Shown one piece after another: positions 19,751-30,133 of a stretch of 64,000 nucleotides of DNA. Source of the stretch: Oscillospiraceae bacterium (GTDB lineage: Bacteria > Bacillota > Clostridia > Oscillospirales > Oscillospiraceae); NCBI GenBank assembly GCA_031552685.1, contig JAVBMI010000019.1:2771-66770 (forward strand), given 5' to 3'. Numbering within the stretch: position 1 is the first letter of the stretch; each line of letters begins with the position of its first letter. The position numbers were made by a program, and so were the translations under genes. The notes under the pieces were generated by a model. That model worked only from the letters and a program-made list of their open reading frames with translations. It had not been told where the DNA came from and did not search any database.

Positions 19751-20020
19751 ATGCGGGCATTCGTAACAGTAATAGGACAGGACAGGGTCGGCATTATGGC
19801 CGCCGTCTGCAATCTTCTGGCGGAAAAGAGGGTGAACATCCTTGACATCAGCCAGACGGTTTTGCAGGATAATTTTACAATGGTAATGCTGGTGGATGCC
19901 GGCGAGTGTACGGTTTCCTTTGAGGAGCTTTCAGACGGTTTGGCCTCACTCGGCAAGGACATGGGGCTGTCCATCCGTATCCAGCGCGAGGAAATTTTTA
20001 ACGCCATGCATAGAATATAG
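19751..20020 (+). CDS. ACT domain-containing protein (UPF0237 family)
   Basis: MRAFVTVIGQDRVGIMAAVCNLLAEKRVNILDISQTV. The product is 89 aa. It keeps the conserved partnership with the downstream UPF0210 gene. Confidence 0.85.
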   Translation: MRAFVTVIGQDRVGIMAAVCNLLAEKRVNILDISQTVLQDNFTMVMLVDAGECTVSFEELSDGLASLGKDMGLSIRIQREEIFNAMHRI

Positions 20021-20039
20021 CTCAGGCTGAGGTGGCGGA

Positions 20040-21398
20040 ATGATAAATCAGGGTGAGATTCTTCAAACAATAAACATGATCGACAAGCAGCATCTGGACG
20101 TGCGTACCATTACCATGGGCATTTCCCTGCGCGACTGCGGTCATCATGATTTGAAAACCAGCTGCGACAAAATTTATGACAAAATCTGCCGTTATGCCGG
20201 AAAATTGGTGGAAACAGGCAATCAAATCGAGGCCGAATTCGGTATTCCAATCGTAAATAAGCGCATTTCGGTTACGCCGATATCGCTTGTTGCAGAGTGC
20301 TGCGACACAGATGATTACGTTCCCTTTGCCATTGCGCTTGACAAGGCGGCAAAGGAGGTCGGAGTCGATTTTCTCGGCGGCTACTCCGCGCTTGTTCACA
20401 AGGGCTGCACCAAAGGTGACGAGAGGCTTATCCGCTCTATTCCGCAGGCGCTGGCGGAGACAACTTATGTTTGCTCCAGCGTTAACGTGGGCACGACCCG
20501 CGCCGGAATCAACATGAACGCCGTTCGCCGCATGGGCGAAATTATCAAGCAGGCAGCCGAACTGACCCGTGACAGAGGCAGTCTTGGCTGCGCCAAGCTG
20601 GTTGTTTTTTGCAACGCGGTTGAGGATAACCCCTTTATGGCGGGCGCGTTCCACGGTGTTGGAGAGCCGGAATGCGAGATAAACGTCGGCGTTTCAGGTC
20701 CAGGGGTCGTCTCCCGCGCGCTTGAGAGCGCAAAGGGGCTGCCGGTCGACGAAGTGGCGGAAATAATCAAAAAGACGGCCTTCCAGATAACCCGCGTCGG
20801 TCAGTTGGTCGCTCAGGAGGCGTCAAATCGCCTCGGCGTACCGTTTGGAATCGTAGATCTCTCTCTGGCGCCTACCCCGGCAATCGGAGACAGCGTGGCG
20901 GATATTCTGGAGCTTGTAGGTCTTGAGAGCGTTGGTGCTCCGGGAACTACGGCGATTCTGGCCATGCTCAATGACGCCGTCAAAAAAGGCGGCGTTATGG
21001 CGAGCTCCAATGTCGGCGGGCTCTCCGGCGCGTTCATTCCCGTCTCCGAGGATGCGGGTATGATAGCTGCGGCAAAAGCGGGAAAACTTACCCTGGAGAA
21101 GCTGGAAGCCATGACCTGCGTTTGCTCTGTCGGTCTTGACATGATCGCCGTTCCCGGCGACACGTCGGCCGAAACCATCGCAGGGATTATAGCGGACGAG
21201 GCGGCCATCGGCATGGTAAACAACAAAACCACGGCTGTTAGAATTATCCCCGTTGTCGGCAAAAAAGTCGGCGATATGGTGGAATTCGGCGGACTTCTGG
21301 GCAGCGCGCCCATCATGCCGGTAAATACCTGCTCTCCTGCCGAGTTCATCGCCCGAGGCGGCAGGATACCCGCTCCGCTGCACAGCTTGAAGAACTAG
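20040..21398 (+). CDS. UPF0210 / DUF711 (PFL-like) family protein
   Basis: The product is 452 aa. [24 protein letters not shown] and the overall length and pattern are typical of UPF0210. Confidence 0.85.
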   Translation: MINQGEILQTINMIDKQHLDVRTITMGISLRDCGHHDLKTSCDKIYDKICRYAGKLVETGNQIEAEFGIPIVNKRISVTPISLVAECCDTDDYVPFAIALDKAAKEVGVDFLGGYSALVHKGCTKGDERLIRSIPQALAETTYVCSSVNVGTTRAGINMNAVRRMGEIIKQAAELTRDRGSLGCAKLVVFCNAVEDNPFMAGAFHGVGEPECEINVGVSGPGVVSRALESAKGLPVDEVAEIIKKTAFQITRVGQLVAQEASNRLGVPFGIVDLSLAPTPAIGDSVADILELVGLESVGAPGTTAILAMLNDAVKKGGVMASSNVGGLSGAFIPVSEDAGMIAAAKAGKLTLEKLEAMTCVCSVGLDMIAVPGDTSAETIAGIIADEAAIGMVNNKTTAVRIIPVVGKKVGDMVEFGGLLGSAPIMPVNTCSPAEFIARGGRIPAPLHSLKN

Positions 21399-21418
21399 TA
21401 CAGCCAAGAGGAAAAACT

Positions 21419-21622
21419 ATGGAACAGCAAAAAATCGACCGTATAAACGAGCTTGCGCGACTGGCAAAGGAGCGCGAACTGTCTGATGCGGAGAAAAGCG
21501 AGCGGGAAATTCTCCGAAGAGAATACATTGACGACTGGAAGCGCGGCGCGGAGCAAACGCTCAAAAGGGTTGTCATTGTTGAGCCGGACGGCACAAAAAC
21601 CCCGCTGAAGCGGAAAAAGTAA
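21419..21622 (+). CDS. DUF896 (UPF0291) family small protein
   Basis: INELARLAKERELSDAEKSEREILRREYID is the typical UPF0291 helical protein. The product is 67 aa. Confidence 0.8.
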   Translation: MEQQKIDRINELARLAKERELSDAEKSEREILRREYIDDWKRGAEQTLKRVVIVEPDGTKTPLKRKK

Positions 21623-21688
21623 GGTTTCGGCACTGCCGTTTCCAATAAAAAGTTCCCATAGCTGCCAGCTATGGAGAGGAGAAGAAGA

Positions 21689-23089
21689 ATGCAGAACACT
21701 GAAAAAACCATGGACAAGATCGTGTCCCTATGCAAGGGCCGCGGCTTTGTCTATCCGGGAAGCGACATTTACGGCGGGCTCGCAAACTCGTGGGACTTCG
21801 GTCCTCTGGGCGTGGAGCTGAAAAACAACGTCAAACGCGCGTGGTGGAAAAAATTCGTTCAGGAAAGCCCTTACAACGTAGGGCAGGACGCCGCCATTCT
21901 GATGAATCCGCAGGTTTGGATGGCATCGGGACATGTTACCAATTTCAACGACCCGCTGATCGACTGCAAGGCCTGCAAGATGCGCCATCGCGCGGATAAT
22001 CTTGTTGAGGACTGGTGCAAGGATAACAACGTGACCGACCTTGTTGTGGACGCGATGAGCAGCGAGGAGCTGGTTGCCTTCATTCAGGAGAAGGGCATTG
22101 TTTGCCCGCACTGCGGAAAGGCAGATTTTACAAACATCCGCAAGTTTAACCTGATGTATAAAACCCAGCAGGGTGTCACAGAGGAGAGCTCTGTGGACAT
22201 TTACCTGCGCCCCGAGACCGCTCAGGGCATCTTTGTCAACTTTAAAAACGTCCAGCGCACGACGCGCCGGAAAATACCCTTCGGAATTGCGCAGATAGGC
22301 AAGAGCTTCCGCAACGAGATAACTCCGGGTAACTTTATTTTCCGAATCCGCGAGTTTGAGCAGATGGAGCTTGAATTCTTCTGCGAGCCGGGCAGCGACC
22401 TTGAGTGGTTCGACTACTGGCGCGGCTTCTGCAAGGATTGGCTGATTTCACTGGGCATGAAGGAAGAAAACCTGCGGCTTTACGACCACCCGAAGGAGGT
22501 TCTGTCGCACTATTCCAAGGCAACGACCGACTTCCAGTTTCTCTTCCCCTTTGGCTGGGGCGAGCTCTGGGGCGTCGCCGACCGTACAGACTTTGATCTC
22601 AAGGCGCATCAGAGCTCATCCGGTCAGGACATGAGCTACTTTGACCAGGAGAAAAACGAGCACTACATCCCATATGTCATAGAGCCGTCGCTGGGTGCTG
22701 ACCGAGCCTTCCTCGCCTTCCTTGTCGATGCCTATGACGAGGAAGTGGTTGACGCGGAAAAGGAAGACAGCCGCGTGGTTCTGCGCCTGCATCCCTTCCT
22801 TGCGCCGGTAAAGTGCGCCGTTTTGCCCCTTTCCAAGAAGCTGGGAGAAAGTGCGGAAAAGCTGTATCAGAATTTGCAGACAAGGTTTATGTGTGATTAT
22901 GATGAGGCGGGCTCGATCGGCAAGCGCTACCGCCGTCAGGACGAGATCGGCACGCCCTTCTGCGTCACCTACGACTTTGACAGCCAGGAAGACGGCTGCG
23001 TTACCGTGCGCGAGCGCGACAGCATGCAGCAGGTTCGCATAAAAATCGAAGAATTGGCGGCGTATATCGAGGAAAGAATCCGGTTTTAA
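21689..23089 (+). CDS. glyQS: Glycine--tRNA ligase (homodimeric GlyQS type)
   Basis: [34 protein letters not shown] and class II synthetase motifs are present. The ATG at 21689 follows a GGAGAGGAG RBS. Confidence 0.92.
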   Translation: MQNTEKTMDKIVSLCKGRGFVYPGSDIYGGLANSWDFGPLGVELKNNVKRAWWKKFVQESPYNVGQDAAILMNPQVWMASGHVTNFNDPLIDCKACKMRHRADNLVEDWCKDNNVTDLVVDAMSSEELVAFIQEKGIVCPHCGKADFTNIRKFNLMYKTQQGVTEESSVDIYLRPETAQGIFVNFKNVQRTTRRKIPFGIAQIGKSFRNEITPGNFIFRIREFEQMELEFFCEPGSDLEWFDYWRGFCKDWLISLGMKEENLRLYDHPKEVLSHYSKATTDFQFLFPFGWGELWGVADRTDFDLKAHQSSSGQDMSYFDQEKNEHYIPYVIEPSLGADRAFLAFLVDAYDEEVVDAEKEDSRVVLRLHPFLAPVKCAVLPLSKKLGESAEKLYQNLQTRFMCDYDEAGSIGKRYRRQDEIGTPFCVTYDFDSQEDGCVTVRERDSMQQVRIKIEELAAYIEERIRF

Positions 23090-23125
23090 CGCATTTTAGA
23101 AACTTTCAAGAAAAGGAGGGCGGCA

Positions 23126-23479
23126 ATGTCAACTGGCCAGGAATTCGTAAAGAAAATCGGCCCGGTCGGAAGCGTTTTGTTTCTGCTGGTTTTTGCCGCC
23201 TTCTTAGTAATGTGCTTCATGCCCCCCAAAGCGGCTGACGGCTTTTCTCCCGCATACGACACCGCGTACTACACCGAGAGCGCGGAGCATATGGAGGAGC
23301 TGAAAACCGAGTTGGAAAAGGACCTCCTGCCGCAGCTGAAAATTGACGCGACAACGCAAATATCGGGAGAAAAGCTCGTTGTCACTTTTTCTGAAGCGGA
23401 CTACAAGGCAGGCGCTGAGGGCGTTTTGAAGCACTACGATGAAAGCCTCTTTGTTTTTGAAAAGGAGGACAGGCAATGA
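23126..23479 (+). CDS. Hypothetical small membrane-anchored protein
   Basis: AGGAGG RBS and a single N-terminal TM helix. Its stop overlaps the nadE start (ATGA), suggesting translational coupling. I recognised no family. Confidence 0.5.
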   Translation: MSTGQEFVKKIGPVGSVLFLLVFAAFLVMCFMPPKAADGFSPAYDTAYYTESAEHMEELKTELEKDLLPQLKIDATTQISGEKLVVTFSEADYKAGAEGVLKHYDESLFVFEKEDRQ

Positions 23480-25383
23480 AAGACGGACTAATAAAAGTAG
23501 CTGCAGGAACGCCGGAGCTCCGCGTTGCGGACGTGGAGTTCAACAAGCGTGCTATCCTCGATTTGATTGAGCAGGCTGGGGAAAAGGGCGTCAAAATCCT
23601 TGCGCTGCCTGAGCTGTGCCTTACCGGCTACACCTGTGCAGACCTCTTTTTTCAGGATGCTCTGCTAAGAGGTGCAGAGGATGCGCTTGCGCAAATTCTG
23701 GCGGAGACAAAAGACCTTGAGCTTTTTTTCGCTCTTGGAATCCCAGTTGGACAAGCAGGACAGATTTTCAACTGCGCGGCAGTATGTAACCGAGGCAGGC
23801 TGCTTGCCCTTGTGCCGAAAACATACATTCCGGACTACGGCGAATTTCAGGAAAGCCGCTGGTTCGCTTCCGGCGGAGGAGTTTTCGAGGAGCTGGTTTT
23901 TGCCGGACAGAATACCTGTCTGGGTGCGAAGGTGATTTTCCCCTGCCCCGCTCTGCCGGATCTCTGCTTAGGGGTCGAAATCTGCGAGGACCTCTGGGTC
24001 GCGGCGCCGCCTTCATCGGCTCTGGCGGGCTGTGGGGCAACGATTATTTTAAATCTGTCGGCAAGCAGTGATGCAGCGTACAAAGCGGCATACCGCCGCG
24101 AGCTGGTAAAAACCCAGTCGGCGCGTCTCATCTGCGGCTATGTTTATGCCGGAGCCGGACAGGGCGAGAGCACAACTGATGTAGTGTTTTCAGGCCATAG
24201 CATGATTGCCGAAAACGGCGAGCTGCTGCGTGAATCGATTTATGAAAACGGGATGGCGGTGTCTGAAATTGACATCTCATACCTGCAAAACGAGCGCAGA
24301 AGAATTAAATACAGCAATGAGTGCGAAAAGGGGGACTGTGCCCGCTTCCCTTTTGACCTCAGTCTGTCGGAGACTTATATTTGCCGCGCAATTCCTCGGA
24401 ATCCCTTTGTACCCGAGGACAGAGAACTTCGCTTTGAGCGCTGTGAGGAAATTTTAAACATTGCCTCGCACGGTCTGAAGAAACGCATCGCCCACACAGG
24501 CTCAAAGTCGCTTGTACTGGGCGTTTCCGGTGGTTTGGACTCCACGCTTGCGATGCTCATTTCCGTACTTGCCCTCGACATGCTCGGCATGCCGCGAGAG
24601 AGCATAATCGCGGTGACTATGCCCGGCTTCGGCACGACAAGCCGCACCCGCGACAACGCCGTGATTTTGGCGGAAAGTCTTGGAGCTGCATTGCGGACAA
24701 TTTCCATAGAAGCCGCTGTCCGTCAGCACTTTGAAGACATTGGACATGATGATAAGTGCCGCGATGTTGTCTACGAGAACGCGCAGGCGCGCGAGCGCAC
24801 TCAGGTGCTTATGGATATCGCCAACGGCTGCGGTGGCCTGGTTGTAGGCACCGGCGACATGTCCGAGCTTGCGCTTGGTTGGGCCACATTCAACGGCGAT
24901 CACATGAGTATGTACGGCGTCAACTCCGGTATACCAAAAACCCTGGTGCGCTATTTGGTTGAGCACTGCGCCGAAAAGACAGATAACAAGCAGATTGCGG
25001 AAGTATTGCGCGATATTCTGGCAACGCCCGTATCGCCGGAGCTGCTTCCCTCTGAAAATGGAAAAATATCCCAAATGACCGAGGAACTGGTTGGACCATA
25101 TGAGCTTCACGACTTTTTCCTGTTCCATATGATACGCCGCGGCAGCGAGCCAAAGAAGATTCTGAGAATGGCCGGGCATGCCTTTGCGGGCGAATATGAC
25201 GCAGACACTATTCTCAAGTGGCTGCGGATCTTCATCAGACGCTTTTTCTCTCAGCAGTTTAAGCGAAATTGTCTTCCTGACGGGCCAAAGGTGGGTTCCC
25301 TCTCACTTAGCCCACGGGGAGATTTCAGGATGCCGTCGGACGCGGTCAGCAGTCTGTGGCTTAAGCAGCTCGATGCTGAATGA
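23476..25383 (+). CDS. nadE: Glutamine-dependent NAD+ synthetase
   Basis: The product is 635 aa. It has an N-terminal CN-hydrolase domain (ALPELCLTGY) and a C-terminal NAD synthetase domain with a PP-loop (GVSGGLDS). Confidence 0.9.
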   Translation: MKDGLIKVAAGTPELRVADVEFNKRAILDLIEQAGEKGVKILALPELCLTGYTCADLFFQDALLRGAEDALAQILAETKDLELFFALGIPVGQAGQIFNCAAVCNRGRLLALVPKTYIPDYGEFQESRWFASGGGVFEELVFAGQNTCLGAKVIFPCPALPDLCLGVEICEDLWVAAPPSSALAGCGATIILNLSASSDAAYKAAYRRELVKTQSARLICGYVYAGAGQGESTTDVVFSGHSMIAENGELLRESIYENGMAVSEIDISYLQNERRRIKYSNECEKGDCARFPFDLSLSETYICRAIPRNPFVPEDRELRFERCEEILNIASHGLKKRIAHTGSKSLVLGVSGGLDSTLAMLISVLALDMLGMPRESIIAVTMPGFGTTSRTRDNAVILAESLGAALRTISIEAAVRQHFEDIGHDDKCRDVVYENAQARERTQVLMDIANGCGGLVVGTGDMSELALGWATFNGDHMSMYGVNSGIPKTLVRYLVEHCAEKTDNKQIAEVLRDILATPVSPELLPSENGKISQMTEELVGPYELHDFFLFHMIRRGSEPKKILRMAGHAFAGEYDADTILKWLRIFIRRFFSQQFKRNCLPDGPKVGSLSLSPRGDFRMPSDAVSSLWLKQLDAE

Positions 25384-25392
25384 TAGAGGCAA

Positions 25393-25430
25393 TAAAAAAC
25401 AGGGCAGTCGCTTGACTGCCCTGTTTTTTG
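25393..25430. terminator. Bidirectional terminator between nadE and serS
   Basis: The sequence is aaaaaacagggcagtc-gctt-gactgccctgtttttt. Confidence 0.8.
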
Positions 25431-25438
25431 TTCAATTC

Positions 25439-26764
25439 TTAGCCGCAGGTGAAGGCGCTTTTGATATTCACCTTAAGCTGATCCTCTTTTGTAATCATCT
25501 CGCGGCCTCTCAAAAAGCGCTTGAGCGCTTGCGGCACAGCGACTGAGCCGTCTGCCTGCTGGTACTGCTCAACGATTGCGGGCAGGATGCGGCTGGTTGC
25601 CAGACCCGAGCCGTTGAGGGTGTGGACATACTCGATTTTGCCGTCCTCGCGGCGGTAACGGATGTTGCCGCGGCGCGCCTGATAGTCCCGAGCGTTGCTG
25701 ACGGAGGATACTTCCTTATAGCCGTTCATCGAGGGAATGTAAACTTCGATGTCGTATGTCCGCGCCATGGAGGCGGAGCAGTCGCCAGCAGCGAGCTTTA
25801 CTGTGCGGAATTTCAGACCGAGACCCTTCACAAGGCTTTCCGCGCGGACAACAAGCTCGTCAAAGGCTTCGTTCGACTGTTCCGGAGTAGTTACCTGGAA
25901 CATCTCGACCTTATTGAACTGATGACCCCGGATCATGCCGCGCTCATCAGAGCGGTAAGAGCCCGCTTCCCTTCTGTAACAAGGAGTGTAGGAAACATAC
26001 TTGCGCGGAAGCTCAGCCTCGGTAAGTATCTCATCGCGGTGCAGACTGGCAAGCGCGGTCTCAGCTGTGGGCAGCATGAAGTGACGGTTTTCTCCATCCT
26101 CGTCAACCCAATAAACCTCGTCCTTGAACTTTGGGAACTGCCCTGCGGTCAGACCGCAATCATAGCCCAGCATGTGCGGCACCATTACTATTTCATAGCC
26201 GTCCATCTCGTGAGTTTCGATGAAGTAATTGATTAGGGCCCACTCAAGGCGCGAACCCAGACCGCGGTATAGCCAGTAACCATTGCCGGAGAGCTTTGCG
26301 CCCCTCTCGTAGTCGATTATCCCCAGGCTTGTGCATAGGTCAACGTGGTTTTTTATTTCAAAATCGCGCTTAGAGCTGCCGCCATAGAAGCAGATCGGCT
26401 GGTTATTCTCTTTTCCGCCGGGCTTCAGGTCCGGATCGGGCAGATTCGGTAGAGAGAGCATGAGGTCGGTATATTCATCCTCAACAGACTTCAAATCAGC
26501 GTCAAAAGCCTTGATTTCTTCCTTCAGAGCATTCATGCGCTCGATGAGTGCCGAGACGTCCTTGCCCTCTTTCTTTAGCTGTGGTACATCCTTTGAGGCC
26601 CTGTTCTGCTCGCTTTTAGCGGCTTCGGTCTTTTGGATGAGCTCACGGCGCTGTGTGTCCAGCACCAAAATTCTGTCGACCGCGCTGTCGCAATCCACTT
26701 CCTTGGCCTTCAGGCGGGTTTTTACCTCATCCGGGTTCTCACGTATCAGTTTAATATCAAGCAT
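25439..26764 (-). CDS. serS: Serine--tRNA ligase
   Basis: MLDIKLIRENPDEVKTRLK gives a coiled-coil N-terminus. A class II core is present (TAGQFPKF, GSGLATSRILPAIVE). Confidence 0.95.
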   Translation of the reverse strand: MLDIKLIRENPDEVKTRLKAKEVDCDSAVDRILVLDTQRRELIQKTEAAKSEQNRASKDVPQLKKEGKDVSALIERMNALKEEIKAFDADLKSVEDEYTDLMLSLPNLPDPDLKPGGKENNQPICFYGGSSKRDFEIKNHVDLCTSLGIIDYERGAKLSGNGYWLYRGLGSRLEWALINYFIETHEMDGYEIVMVPHMLGYDCGLTAGQFPKFKDEVYWVDEDGENRHFMLPTAETALASLHRDEILTEAELPRKYVSYTPCYRREAGSYRSDERGMIRGHQFNKVEMFQVTTPEQSNEAFDELVVRAESLVKGLGLKFRTVKLAAGDCSASMARTYDIEVYIPSMNGYKEVSSVSNARDYQARRGNIRYRREDGKIEYVHTLNGSGLATSRILPAIVEQYQQADGSVAVPQALKRFLRGREMITKEDQLKVNIKSAFTCG

Positions 26765-26780
26765 TGTTATGCCTCCTCAG

Positions 26781-27674
26781 TTATTTATTCGTTCCAAAAC
26801 GCATCAGGGCGGATATCAGTAACTCGCGGTCATCCGCGCCGTAGTATTCCAGTTCGATTTTCCCCTTTTTGCGATTGTCCTTAATATGTACTTTTCGTCC
26901 GAGTGCGCGCTCAAGCTGCTTTTCCGCATCTGCGACATAGTCCACTTTTGTGTCAAGCTGTTTCTTCGCAGACGCTGAAACGCTTGATTTTTCAAGACTC
27001 TCAGCGATTCTCGCGGCCAGTTTCTCAAGCTGCCGAACTGATAATGCCTCCTGCGCCGCCTTTTGCGCTGTTTGCAGCTGCACAGCGCTGTCTTTGATTG
27101 CCAGCAGCGCCCGTGCGTGACCCGCCGAAAGCGTCCCATCCTCGACCATGGCGGCCACAGGCTCTGAGAGCGACAGCAAGCGCAGGGCGTTTGCGACTGC
27201 CGGCCTCGACTTTCCGACGCTCTGTGAAGCATCTTCCTGAGTCATGCCATACTCTTCCATGAGCGCACGGAAGCCTCTTGCTTCTTCAATCGGATTAAGA
27301 TCCTCTCTCTGCAGGTTTTCAACCAGCGCCAGCTCCATAGCACGTTTGTCGTCAGCCTCCAAAAGCCGCACCGGAACTGTGTTCAGACCCACAAGCCTCG
27401 CTGCACGCCAGCGCCGCTCGCCTGCGATAATCTGGTAATAACCGCCATCCAGTTTCCTCACTGTTATGGGGGAAATAATGCCAAACTGCGAGATGGAATC
27501 AGCAAGCTCCTGCAAGGCCTCCGGGTCGAAAGCCTTTCTCGGCTGGTCACTTCGCGGTTCAACTTTTTCAATCGGGACATTGAGTGCGCCGTCCAGCTCG
27601 TTTCCGATGCCGGTTTCACCGAAAAGTGCCCCCAGACCTGCGCCAAGCCCTCTTTTCTGTTGTTTTTCGGCCAT
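26781..27674 (-). CDS. parB: Chromosome partitioning protein ParB (Spo0J)
   Basis: KRGLGAGLGALF...PRKAFDPEALQELADSISQFGIISPITVR...IIAGERRWRAA is the ParB box pattern. The ATG at 27674 follows GAGGAGG. Confidence 0.92.
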   Translation of the reverse strand: MAEKQQKRGLGAGLGALFGETGIGNELDGALNVPIEKVEPRSDQPRKAFDPEALQELADSISQFGIISPITVRKLDGGYYQIIAGERRWRAARLVGLNTVPVRLLEADDKRAMELALVENLQREDLNPIEEARGFRALMEEYGMTQEDASQSVGKSRPAVANALRLLSLSEPVAAMVEDGTLSAGHARALLAIKDSAVQLQTAQKAAQEALSVRQLEKLAARIAESLEKSSVSASAKKQLDTKVDYVADAEKQLERALGRKVHIKDNRKKGKIELEYYGADDRELLISALMRFGTNK

Positions 27675-27710
27675 TTTGACCTCCTCGGCTCCTGAACGGA
27701 GCATTTTTCT

Positions 27711-28469
27711 TTATGTAGTCTGACGCTTCAGGAATTCACTTGCGAAGCGCAGATATGCTCTGGTACCCTTTGAATACTTGTCATACACGATAACCGGCTT
27801 GCCGTGGCTCGGCGCCTCGCTGATACGGACGTTGCGCGGAATCTGCGTTGTATAAACCTTAGCGCCGAAGTATTGACGAATCTCCGACTCGACCTCAACC
27901 GAGAGGTTTGTTCTGGAGTCATACATTGTAAGGAGGATTCCTTCCAGATAAAGCTCGGTATTTAACTGCTTGTTAACGTTTTTCAGAGTGCCCATCAAAT
28001 CGGTCAGCCCTTCGAGCGCAAAGTATTCGCACTGTACGGGCACAAGAATGCTGTCCGCCGCGCACAGGGCATTGAGAGTGAGCAATTCCAGTGAAGGCGG
28101 GCAGTCAATGAAGATGAAATCATAGTTATTAGTTACGGGCTCAAGCGCCTGCTTCAGCACATACTCGCGCTCACTCGCACCAACCAGCTCAATGAGTGCA
28201 CCGGACAGCTCACGATTGGACGGGAGCACATCGCCGTATTTTGTTTTTACAATAGCGGCCTCGGCCATCACGCCGTTCATCAGGACATCATATGTACTCG
28301 GGCCGGCCATCTTATCAACGCCCATGCCCGAAGTACTGTTCCCCTGCGGGTCGCAGTCACAAAGCAGCACCCTTTTGTTCCTGGACTTCAGAGCACAACA
28401 GAGATTGATGCAGGTCGTGGACTTGCCCACGCCACCTTTTTGATTGACTACCGCAACGGTTTTGCCCAT
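27711..28469 (-). CDS. parA: Chromosome partitioning ATPase ParA (Soj)
   Basis: MGKTVAVVNQKGGVGKSTTCINL carries the deviant Walker A motif. Confidence 0.92.
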   Translation of the reverse strand: MGKTVAVVNQKGGVGKSTTCINLCCALKSRNKRVLLCDCDPQGNSTSGMGVDKMAGPSTYDVLMNGVMAEAAIVKTKYGDVLPSNRELSGALIELVGASEREYVLKQALEPVTNNYDFIFIDCPPSLELLTLNALCAADSILVPVQCEYFALEGLTDLMGTLKNVNKQLNTELYLEGILLTMYDSRTNLSVEVESEIRQYFGAKVYTTQIPRNVRISEAPSHGKPVIVYDKYSKGTRAYLRFASEFLKRQTT

Positions 28470-28590
28470 GCCAATTCTCCCACCGGCGCTCATCTTTAAT
28501 ATAACGCCAAAAATGTTGTAGGGTCATTATAGCATCAACAGAAGGGCAATTCAACGATTTTAGGCAATAATATCGCAAACGCGTGAAAAA

Positions 28591-28606
28591 TGTTTCACGT
28601 GAAACA
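28591..28606. other. parS centromere-like site
   Basis: TGTTTCACGTGAAACA is a perfect palindrome matching the Firmicute parS consensus TGTTNCACGTGAAACA. It lies about 120 nt upstream of parA. Confidence 0.85.
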
Positions 28607-28613
28607 TTTCTGT

Positions 28614-29504
28614 CTAGCCCAGCATCATGTCTACATCCTCAATAGTCATGCCTCTATGAAGCGCAAGATTAATGGAATAGCCGACAAGACGCCCGATGCA
28701 GCTAACCTGTGAGTCGATGCTTCTGGGCGTAACAATCATCTCCTCATTGTTGGCAAGTTCCTCAGGAGCTTTTTCCATTCCAAAATCCGAAAAGAGAGTG
28801 CGCATATCAACAACAGTGGGCACGCCTATCGCAACCACCGGCACACCCATGGTTTCAGAGTTGATAAGACTTCTGCCGTTGCCGACGCCGGAGCCAGGGA
28901 TGATGCCTGTGTCCGTAAGCTGCACGGTGCGGCAGAGCCTGTCAATATTACGCGCGGCAAGAGCGTCGACGGCTATCACACAATCAGGATTCAGCAAATC
29001 GCATATACATTTAATGTAGTCCGCGCTCTCGATTCCGCTTGTGCCCAGTACGCCGGGAGTGACAACGGACACATCGCGGAATGCCTGAAAATCTTCCGGC
29101 ATAAAGCGCTTTAGGTGGCGGGTGACAAGAGTGGCCTCCACAGCCAGCGGGCCAACAGAGTCCGGAGTTATTTGCCGGTTGCCAAGTCCGGCGACCAGAA
29201 CGCAGAATTCCTCCCTGTCCTTAGGGAGAAAACCCTTTATCAGTTCGGTGACTGCGGTGACCGCCTTTGGAAACTCCTCAGTCTCGCGGCGAAGAACCGG
29301 CTCGATTTGGATTGTGCAGTATCGCCCCTTCGGCTTGCCCAAAGCGTTCGCGCCCTCGTCGTTCATAATTTCCATAATATGGTAGCCAACACCGTCAATC
29401 TCGTCCTCTTTGTAGTCTACTCCCGGGATTTCTCCGCCAAGACCTTCACGGACGAGCTCTCTGGCCTCCATCACAAGGTCTGTTCGAGGCATCTTCTTTT
29501 CCAT
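28614..29504 (-). CDS. gpr: Germination protease GPR (spore endopeptidase)
   Basis: MPRTDLVMEARELV...GKPKGRYCTIQ and the C-terminal GVPVVAIGVPTVVD are typical of GPR. Confidence 0.85.
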   Translation of the reverse strand: MEKKMPRTDLVMEARELVREGLGGEIPGVDYKEDEIDGVGYHIMEIMNDEGANALGKPKGRYCTIQIEPVLRRETEEFPKAVTAVTELIKGFLPKDREEFCVLVAGLGNRQITPDSVGPLAVEATLVTRHLKRFMPEDFQAFRDVSVVTPGVLGTSGIESADYIKCICDLLNPDCVIAVDALAARNIDRLCRTVQLTDTGIIPGSGVGNGRSLINSETMGVPVVAIGVPTVVDMRTLFSDFGMEKAPEELANNEEMIVTPRSIDSQVSCIGRLVGYSINLALHRGMTIEDVDMMLG

Positions 29505-29634
29505 ATGTTGTGTATCCTTTCGAAATGTGCATAATGAAATACAATATATAGTGGATAAGTTGTTTTGCACACATTCTTTATAGTAATAAGATACCCACTT
29601 TTTACACGATTTCTTCAAAATAATAAAAAAAGTC

Positions 29635-29663
29635 TTGCAAAATCAAAAAATGAATGGTAGAAT
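29635..29663 (+). promoter_or_regulatory. Putative sigma-A promoter of rpsT
   Basis: TTGCAA, a 17-nt spacer and TAGAAT. Confidence 0.5.
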
Positions 29664-29726
29664 TAAAATCCGCGGAACATGGCAGAGCGCCGGTTCGGCA
29701 ATTATATAGGAGGAGGTGGCAAGAGT

Positions 29727-29990
29727 ATGCCCAACATCAAGTCTTCAGCCAAGAGAGATGCTCTTCAGAAGGCGCAGAACGCTAAGAACAGAGCGGCAAA
29801 AACCCTGCTCAAAACCAATATTAAGAAGTTTGATGCAGCCGTTGCCGAGGGCGACCGCGACACAGCCGTCAATGCCTATAAGGTTGCTGTTAAGTCTGTT
29901 GATCACGCTGCGACCAAGCATCTTATCCATAAGAATGCCGCAGCGCACAAGAAGTCTCAGCTGACAAACAAGCTCAATAGCATTGCATAA
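29727..29990 (+). CDS. rpsT: 30S ribosomal protein S20
   Basis: MPNIKSSAKRDALQKAQNAKNRAAKTLLKT. AGGAGGAGG RBS. Confidence 0.95.
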   Translation: MPNIKSSAKRDALQKAQNAKNRAAKTLLKTNIKKFDAAVAEGDRDTAVNAYKVAVKSVDHAATKHLIHKNAAAHKKSQLTNKLNSIA

Positions 29991-30003
29991 TTAATTCAAT
30001 TAT

Positions 30004-30037
30004 AAAAAAACCGACGATTTTTCGTTGGTTTTTCTTT
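30004..30037 (+). terminator. Rho-independent terminator after rpsT
   Basis: The sequence is aaaaaaaccgacga-tttt-tcgttggttttt. Confidence 0.7.
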
Positions 30038-30133
30038 TATGCCTTGTTTTTCATAAAAACAGATGGATATTGACATTTTTTCCCGCAATGATATGATTTA
30101 TTAGAAAAAATCGGCCGGGAGGGGGGCGCAGCG

